Shown: positions 7,460-16,568 of the stretch, in pieces
Position numbering within the stretch: the stretch's first letter is position 1
How the letters are laid out: the number at the start of each line of letters is the position of its first letter
Assembly (NCBI GenBank): GCA_965231125.1
Contig: OZ246414.1
Location: 827,239-891,238, forward strand
DNA: 64,000 nucleotides
Reading direction: 5' to 3'
DNA from: an uncultured Gammaproteobacteria bacterium
GTDB taxonomy: Bacteria; Patescibacteriota; Microgenomatia; Woykebacterales; RBG-16-39-9b
Position numbers and translations under genes: made by a program
Notes under the pieces: generated by a model
Database searches by the model: none
What the model was told of the DNA's origin: nothing
The model's input: only the letters and a program-made list of their open reading frames with translations

Positions 7460-8116
7460 GTGCTAGTTAATTTTATGAACGACGACGAAAAGAATCCGTC
7501 AGCTGACGGAGAAGAAAAATCTGAAGGAGCAAGTCAAGAATCTTCTGAATCAAAGCCTGAAAACGAAGAGGTCGAAAAAGAGGTATCCGAAGAGGAAAAG
7601 GCTGAAGAAAAAGCAGTTGAGGAAAAGGCAATAGAAGAGACAAAAGAAACCGAAGTTAAAGAAGAGGAAAAAAAGGAAGAACCTAAAGCCGAACAGCCAA
7701 AATCTGAGGAACCAAAGAAAGAAGTTAAAGTTTCGGGAAAACTCTCTGACATTATCAAAGATATCGAATCTCTATCCGTTTTGGAATTGACCGACCTAGT
7801 TAAAGCTTTGGAACAAAAATTTGGCGTTACTGCGGCTGCTCCTATGGCCGTGGCTGCTCCAACCGGCGGTACCGGGGCTGGCGAAGAAGCCGCTGAAGAA
7901 CAAACCACCTTTAATGTTGTTCTTGCCGAGGCAGGCGCAAATAAAATTGGGGTAATTAAAGCAGTCCGCGAAGTTGTCCCAACTCTTGGTTTGAAAGAAG
8001 CAAAAGACTTGGTAGAGGCAGCCCCCAAACCAGTGGTTGAGGGGGTGAATAAAGAGACAGCCAACGAAGCTAAAAGCAAACTCGAGGCAGCAGGAGCCAA
8101 GGTTGAATTACAGTAA
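7460..8116 (+). CDS. rplL: 50S ribosomal protein L7/L12 with a ~94-aa acidic (EEK-repeat) N-terminal extension
   Basis: Canonical L12 N-terminal domain ([29 protein letters not shown]) and C-terminal domain ([28 protein letters not shown]). The extension is in frame with no alternative start near the canonical N-terminus. Confidence 0.9.
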   Translation: MLVNFMNDDEKNPSADGEEKSEGASQESSESKPENEEVEKEVSEEEKAEEKAVEEKAIEETKETEVKEEEKKEEPKAEQPKSEEPKKEVKVSGKLSDIIKDIESLSVLELTDLVKALEQKFGVTAAAPMAVAAPTGGTGAGEEAAEEQTTFNVVLAEAGANKIGVIKAVREVVPTLGLKEAKDLVEAAPKPVVEGVNKETANEAKSKLEAAGAKVELQ

Positions 8117-8159
8117 TACTGTTTACGCAGTTGCGTTTCCTTGCGTCGATTTCATCGAC

Positions 8160-8226
8160 TAAAAGAAACCGCCCAGGAAGCAAAGTCTGAATTAGAAGCC
8201 GCAGGTGCGAAAGTTGAATTACAATA
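8160..8226 (+). repeat. Diverged 'ghost' duplicate of the last 21 codons of rplL ([21 protein letters not shown]), 44 bp after the real stop.
   Basis: Compare 8049-8116 ([21 protein letters not shown]) with 8160-8226. Identity is about 75% at the nucleotide level and the reading frame is preserved to a stop. Confidence 0.7.
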
Positions 8227-8229
8227 GAC

Positions 8230-8649
8230 TTACTTAACTACCACAGTCCCGTAGAACTTTAGAGGGTTGAGGTGATCATGGTAGGTAAAGGTACCGGATT
8301 TATTGAAGGTAAAGCTAAATGATTTCCCATTAGTTAGTGGATCACTGAAAAGACCTTTCAGCTTATCGTGGTTTGGATGGGGGTCAGAAGCCACCTGGTG
8401 AGGTAAGCTGTCCGTGTTAGTCCAGACAACTACTGTTCCCTTCTTTACCGCTATGGTAGCCGGAACAAAACCGGCTCGGGTTATTTCTACAGTGGCGCTG
8501 TATAGAACCTTATTTTCTGGACTTTGCGTAGCAACGGTGTTTTCTTTATTTTTCTTCAAATTATTGCCCACCACATAGGCCCCAGCAATTATCACTGCTG
8601 CTACGACAATCGAGACCAGTATAATAATTGTGTTTCGCTTATTAGTCAT
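8230..8649 (-). CDS. Membrane-anchored cupredoxin-fold-like small protein. There is no Cys ligand, so it is probably not a blue-copper protein.
   Basis: N-terminal TM helix, then a beta-rich domain with His-rich motifs (PHQVASDPHPNHD, YHDHLNP) that resembles cupredoxin_1-like domains. Confidence 0.35.
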   Translation of the reverse strand: MTNKRNTIIILVSIVVAAVIIAGAYVVGNNLKKNKENTVATQSPENKVLYSATVEITRAGFVPATIAVKKGTVVVWTNTDSLPHQVASDPHPNHDKLKGLFSDPLTNGKSFSFTFNKSGTFTYHDHLNPLKFYGTVVVK

Positions 8650-8655
8650 CTTTGC

Positions 8656-11600
8656 CTACTTATTTCCAGCTAGTTGTAAAGAGAAGTTTACAGCGGTGGT
8701 AGTGTTGACCAATACACTTGCCACCTTTACTTGTTTCTTATAACCAGATGCACTGGTAGTAACATTGTAACTTCCCACCGAAGGCTGGATTGCATAAAAA
8801 CCAGAACTGTTTGTGGTTGCCGATCCCACAAGCAAGGAATTACCTTTAGAACTAGCAACTGTAACTTTGATAATAGCACCTACAATTGGTGCGCCGGTAG
8901 AAGCACTCGTGACTTGGCCGGATAGTGTTCCGACTGTTGGCAGGGCAAGCGTCGTCGCTGAGGCACTATTTGAGGCTCCGGAAACATTACCGGCCGCATC
9001 ACGTGCCTTAACAAAGTAAGTATAGGTTGTTGAGGCAGCAAGCCCGGTATCTCCAAAACTGGTTGTCGAAACTGTAGTAATTTTACTGTTGTTTCTATAC
9101 ACATCGTAGCTGGTCACGCCTACGTTATCCGTACTGGTCGTCCAGGAAAGATTTATCTGGCTATAACTTACTGCCGCAGCTACTAAATTAGTCGGCGTCG
9201 TTGGCGCTTGGGTGTCTGGAACGGCTGGTGTGGTTGTTGTAGCGGTGTTAGAAGACCCTGAGTTGTTACCTGCAGCATCAGCAGCTATTACTTGGTAGTT
9301 GTAGGTTGTAGAGGCATTTACGCTAGTATCAGTGTAGCTATTTGTCGTAGATGAAGCAATTGTAATCCCATTTCTAACTACCCAATATTTTGCTATTCCC
9401 ACATTATCCGTAGAAGCATTCCAAGACAAACTCACTTTATTGTAGGCAACTGCTGTGGCAGTCAAACCTGTTGGAGTGCTTGGTGGTTGAGTATCTGAAA
9501 TTGGTGGGGCAGTTATCAACCTACCTGTCCTTGCGGCATCATGGCCAAACATAGGCCATTCATATTGGGCAGGGTTCGCGCCTGCTGTGGGAATTGTCCA
9601 AACAACCAATATTCCAGGGCGAACAACATCGTCAGGCGGAATGTGGTATCCAATAACTTCCATTTTCCCGTCGTTATCTAAATCCGCGACCAGCATTGGC
9701 CTTAAGAATTGCGGAACTGGTCCTTTTCTCCAATATGCAGAGCCATCATCATTCACAATAACTGCATCCGGATATGAGTCAGATGGGTATGGACTAAGGG
9801 AACAACAATAACCATTTGCCGTATACTCTAATTTACCATCGCCATCAATATCGCTTACCGAAGTTCCACCAGTTCCACCCATCTTATACTTCGTAAATAC
9901 ACCGGAAGCATTATCGTAAATAATCACATAGTAGAGAAAACCACCAACTATTTCATCTTTACCGTCGCCATTTATGTCCACTAAATCCGGCGCGTGGCGA
10001 GGTTGAGTTAGATACCATAAATAATCATCATAGGTGCCGGAAGTCTTCGGCGCGGTTTTCGGAAATCCCCAAACCAAACTGCCGTCTTTTTTCCAGGCAA
10101 ACCACCAAGCAGGACAAGTTGGGCATTGCCATTGAGCGCCGCCAAATGCTACTAATTCCAGCTTGCCGTCGCCGTCAATGTCGCCAAACCCGAGATTGTC
10201 CTTAAAATCAATGGGCAAAGGTCCTGTGGTGGTGTTTTGATTAGGCGAGGTGTAAGGCCAACTAGGTAAAAAGTTGCCCGCATTGTCTAATAGATAAACT
10301 CTGTTGAGAAAACCTAAGGCCATTTCTGGTTTGCCGTCGCCGTCCATATCGGCTATGGAAAAAGAAGTGAAATAAGGAAAGACGTTCTCTTTAGAAAGCA
10401 CAATGTCTTTTGGGAAGCCGGCAAGTTCTTCGCCGCTGGATTGATAGGCATGCAGAATATAGTGCCGGCCACTACCATCACCGTAGGTCCAATCTTGCAA
10501 GGCAATGATTTCTTTTTTGCCATCACCATTTAAATCGGCAATGGTCGGAGAGTGATAGTACCATGCAAAATGCCCGTATTGAGGCCAGCCCGGCATAACA
10601 GAACCGTCGCTCTTAAATACCCAAATAGGAGAGGAGAAAAGCATGCTTCCACCTCCAGCACCAGATTGCACCACAATTTCCTGTCTGCCATCGCCGTCTA
10701 AATCCGCCACGTTGACCGCTCCACCAAAAAAACCTTGGCTAGTTGCGTCTATAGCCACTGGGAAGCCCGGGAAATTGCTGCCGTCTTTTCTAAATACATA
10801 AACTTTATTCTGAACCGCCACAATTATTTCTTTTTTGCCGTCGCCGTCAAGGTCAGCTACAGCCGGCATAGCTTGCGATAATCCTCCACCACCCCCAACC
10901 GGATCCTGTTCAATGATTTTTGGCCAGCCGTTTAGTACGTCTTTATCAAGCAGCACCGCGCTAACAACAGATTCATTTGAAAGTGTGGAGTAAACCGTTA
11001 AGCGCAGCGAGTATTGCTGGTTGGGGGTTAAGGAAGATGTATCCCAGGTGCCCAACTGGCTATTAGTGACCGGCTGAGTGCCGCCATTGGCAAGGGTAAT
11101 GCCAGCCGTTGACCAAGAGGTTGGAGCAGAACCGGCACCCCATTCCAATTTGTAATTGGAAAACACCACTCCGTTTTTGGTAACTGCCGCGCCAAATACG
11201 GCAGTATTTCCCAAGGTCACTAAAGAATATGGGGAAGAAATAACTGCTTCTAAGTTGTCTATTAAAATATCATGAATTTGGAATTGATAGATTTTACCAT
11301 TGGTATCCGTAGCAGTGACCCTGATAATATTTAAGCCGTCAGGAATAGTTTTCGGGTCAATAGTCGCAAGCGGACCATTAATAACTTGCGTTGTTGAATT
11401 GGCGACTGCAATCCAACTCGTTGGCTGTCGGCCAATGCCAACTTCCACTTTATAACTCTTGAAGTTGGGGCCTGGTATGCTGCCTACAATAGTTATAACA
11501 CCGGTTGCCAATGTGCGGCTGCTCGGGCTTGTTATTATGGGCGAGAGGGGTTTGGTATCAGCTAAAGCAATAGAACCGCTTGCGCTAATCCTGCCATAGC

Positions 11601-13149
11601 CAAAGTCCTTGTCCTTTCCAACTGCGCCTAAATCGGTTGCGCCACTACGTATTATCTGCCGCACTTCTTCATTGGTTAATGAAGGATTTTTGGACAAAAT
11701 CAATGCTGCCAGTCCTGCCACGTGAGGCGTTGCCATGGATGTCCCTGAAACGCGGCAGTAGTTTGTCCCGACAGTGTTGCTTACTCCGCACATACCATTG
11801 ATTGAAGCCCTCGTAGATAAGATATCAACACCGGGTGCAGCCACATCTATTTTTTCGCCCCAGTTTGAGAATGAAGCTTTCAAGTCGTTTGAGTCAGAAG
11901 CTGCGACGCTAATCGCGTAGTCTGCAGATGCTGGCGAAAAGTCAAGTGCATCACCGTTATTATTCCCCGCGGCAACAACAGTAATCATTCCCCTATCATG
12001 TTCGTACTGGACGGCATCGTCCATTGCAACGCTGTTGCAGCCGCAGCCCCAGCTATTCGAGGATACCCTGGCGCCCATGTCGGCAGCATACTGCATAGCT
12101 TTAATGCCGGAGTCCAAAGAACCAGAGCCTCCAGCGCTCAGGAATTTCAGTGCCATTATTTTTACGTTCCAGTTAACGCCAACCACACCCAAGCCATTGT
12201 TGCCAACTGCACCAATGGTTCCTACAGTATGGGTGCCATGGCCATGATCATCCATAGGGTCGTTATCACTATTGGCAAAGTCCCAACCCAAATAGTCATC
12301 AACATAGCCATTGCTGTCGTCGTCTTTATTGTTGCCGGGAATTTCTTTGGTGTTAACCCACATATTGCTCGCTATATCCTGGTGGTTTCTGTCAACTCCT
12401 GTATCAATGCCAGCCACAACTATGTTCGCTGATCCTGTAGCTTGATTCCAAGCTGTTTCTGTACTTATCTTTTTCATTCCCCACATATCTGGATAGGTTT
12501 GACCCCACGAGCCGGTTGAGGAATAATATGGATCATTGGGAACTACAAACACCTCAACAGTATAATTTAAATCTACCGCTTCAATATTTGGATCTATCTT
12601 AAGTTTGGAGATAACCTTCTGTAAGTCCATTACAGATTGAGGGTTTGCTCTTGTCGATTTAGCGTTGGGGCTGGTTTTTCCGGTTTGGATAATTGATAAA
12701 GCCTTATTAAGTCTGCCTACAGCTTTCTCTTTTGGCGCATCCAGTGTCAGCTTATACCAGGAGAAAAGGTCGTGATCGGAACTTGAGTTTCTACCTACTT
12801 TGGCGACTCTTTTAAATCCTTTTCCATGGTTTTCCTTAAAGATGTTGTTTAATGATTCTATGCCGACATCCTGCGCATTGCCTTCTTTTACCTTTCCACG
12901 AGCATCTTTTTTTATTTTTATTAGAAGTTCGTTTGAGAGAAATTCAGTTTCTTTATTTTTTATTGGTGCCTGAGCCTGAGTTTGTTTGTTGGTGTTTAGG
13001 GGTTGAAAGATTCCAATGACAGTCAGAGGAATGATTAGTAGAAGGAAGACCGTAAGACCAACCGCGACAAGGTCGTTACGCTTATACGGTGGGTTTATTG
13101 CCTCTTGGTAGTTTTTTATCCCTGATTTAAATAAATCGACAGCTCTCAT
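8656..13149 (-). CDS. Giant secreted subtilisin-like serine protease (peptidase S8) with FG-GAP/beta-propeller repeats, three fibronectin type III domains and a C-terminal carboxypeptidase-regulatory-like domain.
   Basis: Catalytic triad motifs VAGIDTGVD (Asp), HGTHTVGTIGA (His) and GTSMATPHVAG (Ser). At least eight D-x-[DN]-G-D-G-K-x-E FG-GAP Ca-binding repeats. FN3-like segments (PPSTPTGLTATAV...SLSWNAS). N-terminal signal anchor. Confidence 0.85.
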   Translation of the reverse strand: MRAVDLFKSGIKNYQEAINPPYKRNDLVAVGLTVFLLLIIPLTVIGIFQPLNTNKQTQAQAPIKNKETEFLSNELLIKIKKDARGKVKEGNAQDVGIESLNNIFKENHGKGFKRVAKVGRNSSSDHDLFSWYKLTLDAPKEKAVGRLNKALSIIQTGKTSPNAKSTRANPQSVMDLQKVISKLKIDPNIEAVDLNYTVEVFVVPNDPYYSSTGSWGQTYPDMWGMKKISTETAWNQATGSANIVVAGIDTGVDRNHQDIASNMWVNTKEIPGNNKDDDSNGYVDDYLGWDFANSDNDPMDDHGHGTHTVGTIGAVGNNGLGVVGVNWNVKIMALKFLSAGGSGSLDSGIKAMQYAADMGARVSSNSWGCGCNSVAMDDAVQYEHDRGMITVVAAGNNNGDALDFSPASADYAISVAASDSNDLKASFSNWGEKIDVAAPGVDILSTRASINGMCGVSNTVGTNYCRVSGTSMATPHVAGLAALILSKNPSLTNEEVRQIIRSGATDLGAVGKDKDFGYGRISASGSIALADTKPLSPIITSPSSRTLATGVITIVGSIPGPNFKSYKVEVGIGRQPTSWIAVANSTTQVINGPLATIDPKTIPDGLNIIRVTATDTNGKIYQFQIHDILIDNLEAVISSPYSLVTLGNTAVFGAAVTKNGVVFSNYKLEWGAGSAPTSWSTAGITLANGGTQPVTNSQLGTWDTSSLTPNQQYSLRLTVYSTLSNESVVSAVLLDKDVLNGWPKIIEQDPVGGGGGLSQAMPAVADLDGDGKKEIIVAVQNKVYVFRKDGSNFPGFPVAIDATSQGFFGGAVNVADLDGDGRQEIVVQSGAGGGSMLFSSPIWVFKSDGSVMPGWPQYGHFAWYYHSPTIADLNGDGKKEIIALQDWTYGDGSGRHYILHAYQSSGEELAGFPKDIVLSKENVFPYFTSFSIADMDGDGKPEMALGFLNRVYLLDNAGNFLPSWPYTSPNQNTTTGPLPIDFKDNLGFGDIDGDGKLELVAFGGAQWQCPTCPAWWFAWKKDGSLVWGFPKTAPKTSGTYDDYLWYLTQPRHAPDLVDINGDGKDEIVGGFLYYVIIYDNASGVFTKYKMGGTGGTSVSDIDGDGKLEYTANGYCCSLSPYPSDSYPDAVIVNDDGSAYWRKGPVPQFLRPMLVADLDNDGKMEVIGYHIPPDDVVRPGILVVWTIPTAGANPAQYEWPMFGHDAARTGRLITAPPISDTQPPSTPTGLTATAVAYNKVSLSWNASTDNVGIAKYWVVRNGITIASSTTNSYTDTSVNASTTYNYQVIAADAAGNNSGSSNTATTTTPAVPDTQAPTTPTNLVAAAVSYSQINLSWTTSTDNVGVTSYDVYRNNSKITTVSTTSFGDTGLAASTTYTYFVKARDAAGNVSGASNSASATTLALPTVGTLSGQVTSASTGAPIVGAIIKVTVASSKGNSLLVGSATTNSSGFYAIQPSVGSYNVTTSASGYKKQVKVASVLVNTTTAVNFSLQLAGNK

Positions 13150-13239
13150 TATGGGCAGATAAAAAATTAAATCTCACTTAGTAAAAAAATTATCTCTCCT
13201 GGTTGCTTGGTTGTCAAATTTTTAACCCTATGGGATTGA

Positions 13240-13267
13240 CATCTGGTTTGAGAGCTGCTATAATACC
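13240..13267 (+). promoter_or_regulatory. Perfect-consensus sigma70 promoter (TTGACA-17-TATAAT).
   Basis: ttgaca tctggtttgagagctgc tataat, followed by the SD AGGAGGG and the ATG at 13298. Confidence 0.6.
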
Positions 13268-13297
13268 TGATTAATCTTAGTTAGAAGGAGGGAAAGG

Positions 13298-13609
13298 ATG
13301 AGAGGTCTTTTCGTAGTAGCGATAGTTGCTGTAGCCTTGTTGCTCGGCGGTTTCATCGCAATCGGCTCTAAGGTGGAGGCGGCTCCGGCCGTCCCCAGGA
13401 ACGCCGAGACGGAGACCAACAAGTGCGTCTTGTACTCTGCCAACGGCGTCTTCTCGGGAGGCATCCCTGTGGTCTACCCGGCAACGGTCTCTTATAAGTT
13501 ACAGGACAGTTTTTACTTTCTGTGGCTACCGGGACAGGATCGGCTGAAAGTGGACACGCTCTCGGTGACCGCACTTCCACCAGACGGCTCCTGCTTCGGC
13601 ATCATCTGA
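13298..13609 (+). CDS. Small secreted protein (signal peptide plus ~75-aa mature part with 2 Cys) in a GC-rich island.
   Basis: N-terminal signal peptide MRGLFVVAIVAVALLLGGFIAIGSKVEA. Local GC well above background. Consensus promoter and SD upstream. A hairpin terminator lies at about 13629-13690. Confidence 0.5.
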   Translation: MRGLFVVAIVAVALLLGGFIAIGSKVEAAPAVPRNAETETNKCVLYSANGVFSGGIPVVYPATVSYKLQDSFYFLWLPGQDRLKVDTLSVTALPPDGSCFGII

Positions 13610-13862
13610 GCTACTTTACGGCGCCAAGAAGGCGGTATGGTCTCAAAACCTGCCGCCTTCACTCTTTTTAAGATGAGAAAATCGAGTAGCGCACACTTAG
13701 TGTTACGAGCGGGCATTTTGGGCAAGCAAAAGAAGTATGAGATATTTTTATATATTTGGAGGTATTTCAGTTCTTAAACTTGACAAGTTATTTTTTAGTC
13801 TGATATGTTTAGTAAGTACTTTATTACTACTTTAAATAGTTTTAGTATACAAGGATATCCAA

Positions 13863-14063
13863 ATGTCTTTAGGAGACGATTTACCAGAATTAATGACAGT
13901 CAGAGAAGTAGCTACTTTTTTGCGTGTTTCTCCACTGACTATTAAACGTTGGGGGAAAAGAGGAAAATTACCAGCCATTCGAATAAACGCCCGTGGTGAT
14001 CGCAGGTATAAAAAAGAGGCGGTCTTGTGGTTGCTCGGAGAGATGAAACGGGAGGCGGTATGA
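13863..14063 (+). CDS. Stand-alone excisionase/MerR-superfamily helix-turn-helix DNA-binding protein (66 aa).
   Basis: MTVREVATFLRVSPLTIKRWGKRGKLPAIRINARGDRRY matches the excisionase-family HTH pattern. Confidence 0.6.
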   Translation: MSLGDDLPELMTVREVATFLRVSPLTIKRWGKRGKLPAIRINARGDRRYKKEAVLWLLGEMKREAV

Positions 14064-14317
14064 CTTCCAATTGTCTTGAACCCGCCTCTGCGGTTTGTCG
14101 GTATAGAATCCTCCATAACCAAATTCATTAGCTTCGCTAAAGTAATTTGGGTATTCTCGGATTCTGCGCTTCGCACCTCGTGCCAAGCTAAGAAAGGAAA
14201 CTGTTTAACTAATTTAAACGACTTTAATCTCCTTCTTGCGTCCAGCTAAGCTGGACTAAAAAAAGAAGCATTTTAGGTACCCCCTAGACCTCCCATGATA
14301 TAATTCACCATCAACTT

Positions 14318-15514
14318 ATGAAAGATAAAAAATTTAGTATCTTATTTATTGCAAATCAGTTAATCTATGGCGGTGCCGAGCGCTACACTATTTACGTGGC
14401 CAACGAAATGGCCAAAAGGGGCTATAAGGTGTCCGTGATATCTAAAGGCGGGCCAATGATGAAACTAATAGCTAAAGATGTTAAGCACTACTTTGCCCCA
14501 ACTCGCGGGACCGATATTTTAAGTCGGGCTAAAACTGTTTTAACCATAGTTTACGTCTCCCTAAAAGAAGGGGTAGATATTATTCACACGCAGTCAACCT
14601 CAACTTCCTTGGCAGCCAGGATCGCGAAGATAATAACTCGCACACCAATAGTAAAAACGGCTCATGGTTATCCTGAAGGCCGTTTCCCAACAGTCGCGCG
14701 AACTTTAAATTACACGACCGATAAAGTCGTAATGATCTCTGACTGGCTTTCGGAGCGTCTAATTAGTTTCGGCTTAAAGAGGAGTAAAGCAATTACAATT
14801 TTAAACGGCGTGGACGTTGAAAAGTTTTCGAATGTTAAAACTGACCGATCTATATTAAGAAGCAAGCTTGGATTTTCAGAAAAGGACAAAGTCATCGTTT
14901 CAGTTTCAAGAATAGTACCAGAAAAACAGTTGGAGCAGCTTATCGCCTGGTTCCCCTATGTTTTAGCTAAAGAGAAAGCCGCAAAACTATTAATTGTTGG
15001 TGATGAAGGGGCTGATGGAAGTGCCTACAAGGATTCACTTATAAAACAGGCAAAAAAGTTAGGACTCTTTGGAGAAACCATCGTCTTTTTGAAAGGAACC
15101 GATAAAGTTGCCGAGGTCTTAAAGATGGCTGATATTTTCTGCACTCCTTCGGTAGGAAAAGGTTTTGCCGTACTTGAAGCCATGGCTGCAGGACTGCCGG
15201 TTGTCGCCAGAAAACCCAAAGGTGTTGCTGATACTGTAATTGACGGTGTAAATGGATTTCTCTTTTCAGCCGGCGACTGGGTCTTAATGTCCGAAAGGAT
15301 AGTTTATCTTCTTCAGAGTAAGGACGTATCTAAAAAATTTGGTGAGCAAGGCAAAATCCTTGTAAGTTCTAGCTTTACGTTAGATCAAATGATCACGAAA
15401 CTGGAAAAACTTTATTTAAAACTTCTAAAATCGGGAGTACCCGCAAAACAGGCAGTTACTTCCCCCACCTTAAAAAGTGTCAAGAATCCCAAGTTGGACC
15501 CCGCTTTCGACTAA
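14318..15514 (+). CDS. Glycosyltransferase family 4 (GT-B)
   Basis: C-terminal motif PSVGKGFAVLEAMAAGLPVVA (E-x7-E-like GT4 signature). Confidence 0.8.
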   Translation: MKDKKFSILFIANQLIYGGAERYTIYVANEMAKRGYKVSVISKGGPMMKLIAKDVKHYFAPTRGTDILSRAKTVLTIVYVSLKEGVDIIHTQSTSTSLAARIAKIITRTPIVKTAHGYPEGRFPTVARTLNYTTDKVVMISDWLSERLISFGLKRSKAITILNGVDVEKFSNVKTDRSILRSKLGFSEKDKVIVSVSRIVPEKQLEQLIAWFPYVLAKEKAAKLLIVGDEGADGSAYKDSLIKQAKKLGLFGETIVFLKGTDKVAEVLKMADIFCTPSVGKGFAVLEAMAAGLPVVARKPKGVADTVIDGVNGFLFSAGDWVLMSERIVYLLQSKDVSKKFGEQGKILVSSSFTLDQMITKLEKLYLKLLKSGVPAKQAVTSPTLKSVKNPKLDPAFD

Positions 15515-15526
15515 TTTAATATTTTC

Positions 15527-16108
15527 ATGGAAATTACAAAAATTTACGACAAAGTCGCGCCAAAAATCTCGAGCTTTTACGATTCCCAAACTCATATTAG
15601 AGGCATAAAGGAATTTGTTAATTTCATCCCTAAAAAAGCAAAGGTATTAGACCTAGGAAGTGGTATGGGTAAGGACGTTGCCTTATTCAGCGAGCTTGGG
15701 TATGAAGCTGTCGGAGTTGATGGTTCAAAAGGAATGATTGGGCAGGCACGCAAACGCTATCCGAACGGAAATTTTTTGCTAATGGATCTAAGAAACCTTT
15801 CTTTTCCAGAAAATCATTTCGATGCGGCCTGGAGTTGGTCTGTGCTAACCCATTTGCAGGACACGGACAAGAGGGTCGTCTTGGAACGGATTTATCAAAT
15901 TTTAAAACCTGGGGGCTATTTTACCCAAATGGTGTGGCGAGGCAGAGGTGTGTTTGTGAGTAAGGATGTCTATCCAAGAACCCATTACCTACTAAGTGCG
16001 CCTTCCTGGAAAAAGCTTTACAAAGAAGCCGGTTTTGAGAATCTCTCAGTGAAATTTGTAAAAGGAAAAAGCCGCGGCGCAATCCGTTTAACAGGCCAAA
16101 AGGCTTGA
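15527..16108 (+). CDS. Class I SAM-dependent methyltransferase
   Basis: Motif I VLDLGSGMGKD and post-I/II spacing (AVGVDGSKGMI ... LLMD). Confidence 0.75.
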   Translation: MEITKIYDKVAPKISSFYDSQTHIRGIKEFVNFIPKKAKVLDLGSGMGKDVALFSELGYEAVGVDGSKGMIGQARKRYPNGNFLLMDLRNLSFPENHFDAAWSWSVLTHLQDTDKRVVLERIYQILKPGGYFTQMVWRGRGVFVSKDVYPRTHYLLSAPSWKKLYKEAGFENLSVKFVKGKSRGAIRLTGQKA

Positions 16109-16446
16109 CGCCACTACGCCAGGCTTCTCGGCGTCAACCCCGCGAAACTTCACGGCAGTGGGGTTGACAGCAAGAGGGTTTTATGAAATACTTTGATATA
16201 GTTACAACTCTTCGTTGGCTAACTACCGCAGCGATTGTGATGTAACCAAAAACTCTTCCTGTCGCTAAATATGCGCTGGAGGTAGTGGCAGCTTTTCGCG
16301 CTTCTCGCGAAAATCTGGCTCTTCGCACTTTTACAGATCAAAACCCTTGCCCATTTGATCTGTAAACCTGTCCTGAAATTGCGGCAGTTAGCCAGATCTC
16401 CGCTAGAAGTGTGAGAAGGTAACGCCCAAGAAGATAGGTTAAGATA

Positions 16447-16477
16447 GCCCCTCCCCGTGAGCGGGGAGGGGCTTTTC
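16447..16477 (+). terminator. GC-rich hairpin plus T-run (gcccctccccgtgagcggggaggggctttt).
   Basis: A 12-bp perfect stem followed by TTTT. It lies between the methyltransferase and the convergent wecB-like gene. Confidence 0.5.
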
Positions 16478-16489
16478 CATAGTCCGAAG

Positions 16490-16544
16490 GACGCAGAGCG
16501 CGAAGCGATCGTTAGGAACATAGTGACGCAGAGCGCGAAGCGAT
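16490..16544 (+). repeat. Two copies of a 21-bp direct repeat (gacgcagagcgcgaagcgatc) 34 bp apart.
   Basis: Read directly. Confidence 0.6.
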
Positions 16545-16568
16545 CTATTTGTTTGACCGGTTAAAAAT

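Noticed and set aside
7534-8100. 188-aa antisense ORF inside rplL
   Set aside because: It overlaps the conserved L7/L12 gene entirely on the opposite strand. It is a low-complexity Ser/Ala translation of the antisense of EEK/AAA repeats.
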